From Spirochaetia bacterium (GTDB lineage Bacteria > Spirochaetota > Spirochaetia > SZUA-6 > Bin103): 64,000 nt of DNA. Positions within the stretch are counted from its first letter, which is position 1. Each line of letters opens with the position of its first letter. A model generated the notes under the pieces. That model was not told the origin of the DNA. It searched no databases and saw only the letters and a program-made list of their open reading frames with translations. A program made the position numbers and the translations under genes. Positions 56,340-64,000 of this stretch are shown piece by piece. Location of the stretch: NCBI GenBank assembly GCA_965203055.1, contig OZ241863.1, positions 736,001 to 800,000 on the forward strand, in the 5' to 3' direction.

Positions 56340-57145
56340 TCATTGGACGCCGGCATTGCGTACAAAAACGAATTGATGATTCCCGGTACCCGCAGTGGGA
56401 TTCACCGTTCGTGCGATGAAACCTCTCTCGTAAAAGAACTGAACTACTTCGTCCGACTTTGCATACTCATACGGATAGCCGCCGATCCAGTCCAGTATGT
56501 CGGTCACTACGTGCATTCCTCTCTTGCGCTGGTATGCGGCAAACAAGTTGGTCCGTTGCCGAATGGAAGAGATTGCTCTTCTCCCCATATAATACGGAAC
56601 CAGTACCATGGACGTGGCCACTCTCGTAGCGACGTTGAAGTTGTAAAATCTCTTGATCTTTGCCCAGATTCTTGACCGCAATCCGCAATCGTTGTAGATT
56701 GCAAGGCACAAGTGTCCTCCACCTTTCGTCAACTTCGCTACATTGTCCATTGCGTTCCACATGGCGCCGGTGTGATGCAGAACTCCCCATGCGTATACGA
56801 TGTCGTAAGTGTTCAATGACTTCAAAAACTCCTTGTCCAACACAGAACCCTGTAGAACGGCCCAGTTCGAATCGCCGGGGTAATACCGATCCCTAAGTTC
56901 CTTGGCGCATGAAACGGCGTCCGGATCGTAGTCGAATGAGGTCACTTCGCACCCGGCTGAACGCGCGCATAATGAAAGAGTCCACTGCCGCAGCCGACGT
57001 CAAGAAAGCGCGTGCCGGCACTGATGGCGCCATCAGCTTCGGAGATCATGGCAAGCAGTGATTGCTTGGCAATCTTGATGTCCGTATCGGACATGGTGGA
57101 CAAGTACTTCTTCCAGTTTCTTCCGAATCCGAACCGTGACTTCAT
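56340..57145 (-). pseudogene. Class I SAM-dependent methyltransferase split by a 1-nt frameshift at about 56975
   Basis: MKSRFGFGRNW...FLDVGCGSGLF in one frame continues as SLCARSAGCEVTSFDYD...WGVLHHTG in another; adding one T to the T3 run joins them. Confidence 0.8.
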
Positions 57146-57359
57146 TCTCTGCAGGCTGAGGCAGCCCGGACGGCAGTTTAAGGGTAATCGTTTCGTTGAT
57201 CTACCCCTTCTTGTCGCTCGTCGCTCGTTCTGCCAAAATGGGCGGCGTAACGGGGTGGGGATGCGGAGTATTACCGTTAACTTGTTATATTCAATAGAAG
57301 TACGCCAAAGCTTGGCAGATGCGCCGCGGCCCGCGGGCAGCCGGGAACTGGTCTGAAGC

Positions 57360-58433
<1,074 letters not shown>

Positions 58434-58459
58434 CCGCCTGCCATCCGGGACGCGCGTAG

Positions 58460-59839
58460 TTGGCGGAGGACGTTGGCGCTGACGAGCGAGGTGCCGGGAG
58501 GCATGCAACTACAACTGGTTTTGTGACGACAATCGAATCACTTCGAAGCAGGGAGGCGCACGTCGGCGTAGTTGGGCTTGGCTACGTCGGCAGACCGCTG
58601 GCGGCGGCGTTGCATCGTCACTTCTCGGTCTACGGCTTCGACACGGACGAACGCCTCATCCGGGCGCTTCGAGCGGGAGCGGGCGGAACTCACGCGGACG
58701 AGACCCGCCCGCTGCGTGAGATGAGGAATTGTCTCACTTCCGACCCCGCGGTACTCAGACGGTGCTCCTTCATCGTCATAACCGTACCGACTCCGATTAC
58801 CGCCGACCGAGTCCCCGATCTGGAGCCCTTGAGAGGCGCTGCCCGGACCATCGGACGGAATCTCAGGACCGGCTGCGTGGTGGTGGTGGAATCGACTGTC
58901 TATCCGGGCGTGACCGAGGAGGTGGTCGGCCCGGTCATTGCTCGCGAAAGCGGTCTCAAGGCCGGTACGGGGTTTCATCTTGGTTACTCGCCGGAGCGCA
59001 TCAACCCCGGAGACGACACACACACGCTGGAGCAGTTGGTGAAGGTGATCGCAAGTAACGAGCGGCCGGTGTCAGAGCTCATGCGCGCCGTCTACGGAGC
59101 GGTTACCGATGCCGGGGTGTACCAGGCGGCGAGTATCCGGACGGCCGAACTTGCCAAGGTACTCGAGAATACTCAGCGCGATCTCAACATTGCATTGATG
59201 AACGAGCTGGCCATGATCTGTGATCGGCTGGCAGTCGACACCAGGGATGTCATCAGGACAGCGGCCACGAAATGGAACTTTGCCCGCTTCGAGCCGGGTC
59301 TGGTGGGCGGCCACTGCATCGGCGTCGATCCGTACTACCTTACCCACGTAGCCGAGCAGGCGGGGCATACGCCGCAGGTCATACTTGCCGGGAGGCAGGT
59401 CAACGATGCAATGGGACAATACGTGGCCGAACGTACCATTGCCTTGATTCGGTCAGCCCGCGGAAGCGTCGAGCGCGCGAACATTCTGGTATTGGGCTTT
59501 ACCTTCAAGGAGAATGTTCCGGACGTGCGCAATACTCGGGTGGCCGACATCATCCACGCTCTGAGGGAGCATGGAGCGCAGTGTTCGATCTTCGACCCCA
59601 AGGTCGACCCTGATGAGATCGGCGGCAATTACGGGTTCCGGGTAGTGGACGACGTGACCCGAAAGGCGCCATATGATGCCGTAATAGTTGCGGTACGGCA
59701 TGACGTGTTCAGGTCGATGTTTTCGCTGGACGCAATCAAGTCGATGTTGGTTCCCGATCATCCGGTTCTCATTGACGTGAAGGCATTCTACGACAAAGAG
59801 TCCGCGCATACCGCAGGGTTACTATATTGGCGACTATAA
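58460..59839 (+). CDS. UDP-N-acetylhexosamine/nucleotide-sugar dehydrogenase (WbpO/TviB/WecC family); true start may be GTG 58523
   Basis: GLGYVG, VPTP, ESTVYPG, YSPERINPG, GGHCIGVDPYYL, GFTFKEN.PD.RN. Confidence 0.93.
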   Translation: MAEDVGADERGAGRHATTTGFVTTIESLRSREAHVGVVGLGYVGRPLAAALHRHFSVYGFDTDERLIRALRAGAGGTHADETRPLREMRNCLTSDPAVLRRCSFIVITVPTPITADRVPDLEPLRGAARTIGRNLRTGCVVVVESTVYPGVTEEVVGPVIARESGLKAGTGFHLGYSPERINPGDDTHTLEQLVKVIASNERPVSELMRAVYGAVTDAGVYQAASIRTAELAKVLENTQRDLNIALMNELAMICDRLAVDTRDVIRTAATKWNFARFEPGLVGGHCIGVDPYYLTHVAEQAGHTPQVILAGRQVNDAMGQYVAERTIALIRSARGSVERANILVLGFTFKENVPDVRNTRVADIIHALREHGAQCSIFDPKVDPDEIGGNYGFRVVDDVTRKAPYDAVIVAVRHDVFRSMFSLDAIKSMLVPDHPVLIDVKAFYDKESAHTAGLLYWRL

Positions 59840-59845
59840 TGTTGA

Positions 59846-60367
59846 CGCCACGCCCCCGAGTTTGTGCTGCTGGTGGACCAGTCGGAGACGGGGGTGGAAG
59901 CGGTGCCGGGCGAAACGCTGGGGCGGGCAGCGCAGCTGGCGCTGATGGCGGCGGCGCGCCGCGAGGTGAGGGAGGCGCTGGCACGGGCGGTGCGGCTGAT
60001 GGGAGAGTTGCACCGTGCGGGACAGGGCGAACGGTTCGGGCCGGTAGTGTTGTACGTGACCCGCACGCAGGATAACGAGACGTTGCGGGAGTTCTTCGCG
60101 GCGCTGCGGAGGGAAGTACCGGGACCAGGAGGGGATATGAGAACGTATGGGGAGCAGTTGATCCAGGAGGGCCGGCAGGAAGGCCTCCAGGAAGGCGTGC
60201 TGAAGGGCCGGCAGGAAGGCCGGCAGGAGGGCCAAGTGGCCACGATCGAGAGCTTTCTGCGCGCCGGCGTCGGGTGGTCGACTATCAAGCAGGCTACCGG
60301 CATCGACCAGGAGGCGTTCGAGTTGCTCCGCCGACAGACCCACCCGGCAGATCGGGAACTGACTTAG
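59846..60367 (+). pseudogene. Rpn copy B1: upstream flank fused to the C-terminal half by an internal deletion
   Basis: 59846-59870 matches the 5' flank of the B copies (61812-61842); from about 59867 it matches 62353 onward. Confidence 0.85.
60137..60367 (+). CDS. Internal-start small protein (RpnS-like), 76 aa, 5 repeats
   Basis: AGGAGGGG at 60127-60134, ATG 60137. Confidence 0.6.
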   Translation: MRTYGEQLIQEGRQEGLQEGVLKGRQEGRQEGQVATIESFLRAGVGWSTIKQATGIDQEAFELLRRQTHPADRELT

Positions 60368-60529
60368 TTCAGCCGCACCGGTCGTTCAGCAACGGGCCGG
60401 TGGCCCTGCGGGGTAGCTCAAGCAACCAACGCCGCCGACGGCCAGCGTTGCCCGGAGGCACGCAGGTGCTTCGCCTGCACGGTATGGCGCCACGCCACCG
60501 AGTTTATGTTATGCTGCGCGGCGCCACGC
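60368..60529 (+). repeat. Conserved ~160-bp spacer of the Rpn B tandem unit, with an extended -10-like TGnTATGCT
   Basis: Recurs at 61688-61854 and partially at 62910-63010; TGTTATGCT at 60507-60515. Confidence 0.8.
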
Positions 60530-61687
60530 ATGACGCGCGACCTGCACCAGCCGCATGACCGCCTGTTTCGCAAGGTGTTCTCCGAGCCGGCCGAAGCGGC
60601 CGGCTTGTTGCGCGTCTACGTGCCGGGGTGGCTCGCCGAAACGCTGGACTGGTCCAGCTTGACGCTGGTGCCCGCCAGCTACGTGGACGACGAACTGCAG
60701 GCCAGCGAGTCCGACCTGCTGTTCGCGGTGGAGCAGCGTCCGGGCGGGGCGGAGTCGGGAGAGGAGCGGCGTTCGCTGCGGCTCTATCTGCTGTTCGAGC
60801 ACCAATCGACGCCGGACCGGATGATGAGCTTCCGGCTGCTGAAGTACTGCTGCCGCATCTGGGATGATTTCTTGCGCTCTGACGAAGGGAAGGAGACGCC
60901 GGAGTTGCCGCCGATCGTGCCGCTGGTGTTCTATCAGGGCGAGTCGAGCTGGCGCCACGCGACCGAGTTCAGCGAGTTGTTTGCGGAATCGGTCAGGGGG
61001 TGGCCGTGGACGCCGAAGTTCAAGCACCTGTTGGTGGACCAGTCGGAGACGAGGGTGGAAGCGGTGCCGGGCGAAACGCTGGGCCGGGCAGCGCAGCTTG
61101 CGCTGATGGCGGCGGCGCGCCGCGAGGTGCGTGCGGCGCTGGCGCGGGAGGCGCTGGCGCGGACGGTGCGGCTGATGGGAGAGTTGCACCGTGCGGGACA
61201 GGGAGAACGGATCGGGCCGGTGGTGTTGTACGTGATCGGCACGCAGGATAATGAGACGTTGCGGGAGTTTGACGCGGCACTGCGGCGGGAAGTACCGGGA
61301 CCAGGAGGGGATATGATGACGTATGGGGAGCAGCTGATCCAGGAGGGCCGGCAGGAAGGTCTCCAGGAAGGCCTCCAGGAAGGCCGGCAGCAAGGCGTGC
61401 TGAAGGGCCTCCGGGAGGGCGTGCTGAAGGGCCGGCAGGAAGGCCGAGTGGAAGGCCGGCAGGAGGGCCGAGTGGAAGGCCGGCAGGAGGGCCGAGTGGA
61501 GGGCCGGCACGAGGGTCGGCACGAGGGCCGGCAGGAAGGCCGGCAGGAAGGCCAGATAGCCACGATCGAGAGCTTTCTGCGCGCCGGCGTCGGGTGGGCG
61601 ACTATCAAGCAGGCTACCGGCATCGACCAGGAGGCGTTCGAGTTGCTTCGCCGGCAGACCCACCCGGCAGATCGGGAACTGACTTAG
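60530..61687 (+). CDS. Rpn/YhgA-family nuclease, copy B2 (intact)
   Basis: QPHDRLFR, ESDLLF, YLLFEHQSTPD, PPIVPLVFY.G; 17 tetrapeptide repeats. Confidence 0.92.
   Translation: MTRDLHQPHDRLFRKVFSEPAEAAGLLRVYVPGWLAETLDWSSLTLVPASYVDDELQASESDLLFAVEQRPGGAESGEERRSLRLYLLFEHQSTPDRMMSFRLLKYCCRIWDDFLRSDEGKETPELPPIVPLVFYQGESSWRHATEFSELFAESVRGWPWTPKFKHLLVDQSETRVEAVPGETLGRAAQLALMAAARREVRAALAREALARTVRLMGELHRAGQGERIGPVVLYVIGTQDNETLREFDAALRREVPGPGGDMMTYGEQLIQEGRQEGLQEGLQEGRQQGVLKGLREGVLKGRQEGRVEGRQEGRVEGRQEGRVEGRHEGRHEGRQEGRQEGQIATIESFLRAGVGWATIKQATGIDQEAFELLRRQTHPADRELT
61313..61687 (+). CDS. Nested internal-start small protein (RpnS-like), 124 aa, 17 repeats
   Basis: AGGAGGGG at 61303-61310, then ATG ATG at 61313/61316, in frame. 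Confidence 0.65.
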   Translation: MMTYGEQLIQEGRQEGLQEGLQEGRQQGVLKGLREGVLKGRQEGRVEGRQEGRVEGRQEGRVEGRHEGRHEGRQEGRQEGQIATIESFLRAGVGWATIKQATGIDQEAFELLRRQTHPADRELT

Positions 61688-61854
61688 TTCAGCCGCACCG
61701 GTCATTCAGCATGGGCCTGTAGGCTTCGCGGGGTAGCTCAAGCAACCAACGCCGCCGGCGGGCCAAGCGTTGCCCGGGAGGCACAGCAGGTGCTTCGCCT
61801 GCACGGTATGGCGCCACGCCCCCGAGTTTTATGCTATGCTGCGCGGCGCCACGC

Positions 61855-62622
61855 ATGACGCGCGACCTGCACCAGCCGCATGACCGTCTGTTTCGCAAGG
61901 TGTTCTCCGAGCCGGCCGAAGCGGCCGGCTTGTTGCGCGTCTACGTGCCGGGGTGGCTCGCCGAAACGCTGGACTGGTCCAGCCTGACGCTGATGCCCGC
62001 CAGCTACGTGGACGACGAACTGCGGGCCAGCGAGTCCGACCTGCTGTTCGCGGTGGAGCAGCGTCCGGGGGCGGCGGAGCCGGGGGAGGAGCGGCGTTCG
62101 TTGCGGCTCTACCTGCTGTTTGAGCACCAATCGACGCCGGACCGGATGATGAGCTTCCGGCTGCTGAAGTACTGCTGCGGCATCTGGGATGATTTCTTGC
62201 GCTCTGACGAAGGGAAGGAGACGCCGGACTTGCCGCCGATCGTGCCGCTGGTGTTCTATCAAGGTGAGTCGAGCTGGCGCCATGCGACGGAGTTCAGCGA
62301 GTTGTTTGCGGAATCGGTCAGGCGGTGGCCGTGGACGCCGCAGTTCAAGCACCTGCTGGTGGACCAGTCGGAGACGGGGGTGGAAGCGGTGCCGGGCGAA
62401 ACGCTGGGCCGGGCAGCGCAGCTGGCGCTGATGGCGGCGGCGCGCCGCGAGGTGAGGGAGGCGCTGGCACGGGCGGTGCGGCTGATGGGAGAGTTGCACC
62501 GTGCGGGACAGGGCGAACGGTTCGGGCCGGTAGTGTTGTACGTGACACGCAGGATAACGAGACGTTGCGGGAGTTCTTCGCGGCGCTGCGGAGGGAAGTA
62601 CCGGGACCAGGAGGGGATATGA
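61855..62622 (+). CDS. Rpn copy B3 N-terminal nuclease ORF (4-bp deletion at about 62546 shifts the frame; stop overlaps the small-ORF start)
   Basis: All catalytic-type motifs present; TACGTGACACGCAG here versus TACGTGACCCGCACGCAG in B1. Confidence 0.75.
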   Translation: MTRDLHQPHDRLFRKVFSEPAEAAGLLRVYVPGWLAETLDWSSLTLMPASYVDDELRASESDLLFAVEQRPGAAEPGEERRSLRLYLLFEHQSTPDRMMSFRLLKYCCGIWDDFLRSDEGKETPDLPPIVPLVFYQGESSWRHATEFSELFAESVRRWPWTPQFKHLLVDQSETGVEAVPGETLGRAAQLALMAAARREVREALARAVRLMGELHRAGQGERFGPVVLYVTRRITRRCGSSSRRCGGKYRDQEGI

Positions 62623-62909
62623 AAACGTATGGGGAGCAGCTGATCCAGGAGGGCCGGCAGGAAGGCCTGCAGGAAGGCCTGCTGAAGGGCCTCCACGAAG
62701 GCGTGCTGAAAGGCCGGCAGGAGGGCCGAGTGGAGGGCCGAGTGGAAGGCCGGCACGAGGGCCGGCAGGAAGGCCAGGTAGCCACGATCGAGAGCTTTCT
62801 GCGCGCCGGCGTCGGGTGGGCGACTATCAAGCAGGCTACCGGCATCGACCAGGAGGCGTTCGAGTTGCTTCGCCGGCAGACCCACCCGGCAGATCGGGAA
62901 CTGACTTAG
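62619..62909 (+). CDS. Small protein (RpnS-like), 96 aa, 10 repeats, now a separate ORF
   Basis: AGGAGGGG RBS; ATG 62619 overlaps TGA 62620-62622. Confidence 0.7.
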   Translation: MKTYGEQLIQEGRQEGLQEGLLKGLHEGVLKGRQEGRVEGRVEGRHEGRQEGQVATIESFLRAGVGWATIKQATGIDQEAFELLRRQTHPADRELT

Positions 62910-63173
62910 TTCCAGCCGCACCGATCGTCAGCACGGGCCTGTAGCCCGGCGGGGTAGCTCAAGCAACCCACGCCGCCGGCGGCCAGCGTTGCCCGGGAGG
63001 CACTGCCTGCACGGGGTTGGCGTCCGGCTTCGCGGCGCGGCGCGTGACCGCCGAGTGGATGGAGTTCTACAAGGAGAGGTATGCCCCACTCGGCGTTGGG
63101 TCGGCGGGCGCCTGCGGAGGCCTGCTGCAACGTGGCGGGTTACCGCCACTTGATTTGCAGAGGGAGGGATGGG

Positions 63174-63201
63174 TTGACAACCGGCGGATACCCCTTAACC
63201 T
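63174..63201 (+). promoter_or_regulatory. Possible promoter upstream of the flippase
   Basis: TTGACA (63174-79), 16 bp spacer, TAACCT (63196-63201); preceded by the GTGGCGG-GTTA-CCGCCAC hairpin. Confidence 0.35.
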
Positions 63202-63237
63202 ACCCCTTGTACCGTCTGACCGACCGGGACCACCTCA

Positions 63238-63405
63238 GACGACGTGACCCGAAAGGCGCCACATGGCGCCGTTGGACGTTTCCGCTGGACGCAAGCAAGT
63301 CGATTCCGGTTCCCGATCATCCGGTTCTCATCTGACGTGAAAGCACTCTACGACAAAGAGTTCGCGCGTGCCGCAGGGCTACGATATTGGCGACGGTAAT
63401 GTTGA
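63238..63405 (+). repeat. Decayed duplicate of the 3' end of the nucleotide-sugar dehydrogenase
   Basis: Matches 59648-59845 with substitutions and a ~30-bp deletion; both copies end in TAATGTTGA. Confidence 0.9.
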
Positions 63406-64000
63406 GCCGCATCGCCGGCGCTATCCGAGGATCACATATATCTTCTTCCGAACGGTCCGTCGGATCCAGGATTTCCGCGGCGGCGCTTGCCATTGGTGGG
63501 TTCACTGTTGGCGTCAAGGTGGTGGCCCTGGGCTCGACGTTACTCATTGCCTCCTTCTTTGGTACCGGAGACGATCTGGAGGCATTTCTCATTGCGTTCC
63601 TGTTGCCGTCGATGGGAATGTCCGTGATATGCGGCGCGTTCCGGTCAGCTTTGATACCAACATACGTCCAGGTGCGAGAGCAGTACGGAAGTCTCCGCGC
63701 TCAGTCTCTGTTCTCGAGAATCATGTTCGTTGCCAGTGGCATACTCCTGCTTTCCGTGGGATGCTTCGCAGTTCTGGTACCGTACCTGTTGCCGCTACTC
63801 GCATCCGGCTTCCCGCCAACCAAGTTGGCACTGGCAATACAACTTTCCTACTTATTGTTACCGGTGATCGTGGTCAAGGGTATCGCGACGATATATGGCG
63901 CGGCGCTCAACGCCGAGGAACGTTTCTCCCTGGTCGCTGCGGCGCCGGCGCTGATACCAGCCTCCACCATTCTATTCATGCTGTTGTGGCCGGTGCCTGC
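63399..64000 (+). CDS. MurJ/MviN-type (MOP) lipid-linked oligosaccharide flippase, partial (runs off the window)
   Basis: Manual translation from ATG 63399: ...IASFFGTGDDLEAFLIAFLLP...SALIPTY...LASGF...AALNAEERF; open to the window end. Confidence 0.85.
   Translation, partial: MLSRIAGAIRGSHISSSERSVGSRISAAALAIGGFTVGVKVVALGSTLLIASFFGTGDDLEAFLIAFLLPSMGMSVICGAFRSALIPTYVQVREQYGSLRAQSLFSRIMFVASGILLLSVGCFAVLVPYLLPLLASGFPPTKLALAIQLSYLLLPVIVVKGIATIYGAALNAEERFSLVAAAPALIPASTILFMLLWPVP

Noticed and set aside
60405..60425. GCGGGGTAGCTCAA (also near 61730 and 62950) as a tRNA 5' end or att site
   Set aside because: Resembles tRNA positions 1-14 only; there is no anticodon arm, TTCGA T-loop or pairing acceptor stem.

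Overview
High-GC bacterial chromosome segment, most likely a spirochaete, judged from the S10 sequence, direct secY-rpmJ linkage without adk/map/infA, and the rny-ymdB-tlyA neighbourhood. Bases 1-18.8 kb hold the end of rpoC and the complete str/S10/spc/alpha ribosomal superoperon. Bases 18.8-53.2 kb are core genes: rny, ymdB, tlyA, der, a UDP-sugar pyrophosphorylase, a TPR/putative outer-membrane protein/ExbB/ExbD/TonB operon, grpE-dnaK-dnaJ, an orphan DNA methyltransferase, a TrmH-family methylase, tatD, an M23 peptidase, and a gnd-SDR-HAD-LarA sugar-acid cluster. Bases 53.3-64 kb are a rearranged, partly lower-GC surface-polysaccharide locus (AsnB-like amidotransferase, frameshifted SAM methyltransferase, nucleotide-sugar dehydrogenase, MurJ/MviN-type flippase). 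This locus is interleaved with five Rpn/YhgA-family PD-(D/E)XK nuclease copies of two subtypes. Two are intact, two lack the nuclease half and one is frameshifted. All five keep an internal Shine-Dalgarno plus ATG and an open small C-terminal ORF resembling the RpnS antitoxin, with 7, 13, 5, 17 and 10 tetrapeptide repeats. Decayed direct duplications of the neighbouring dehydrogenase gene lie at both ends of this region. No rRNA, tRNA or CRISPR array was seen. All calls come from reading the sequence and translations; no searches were run.
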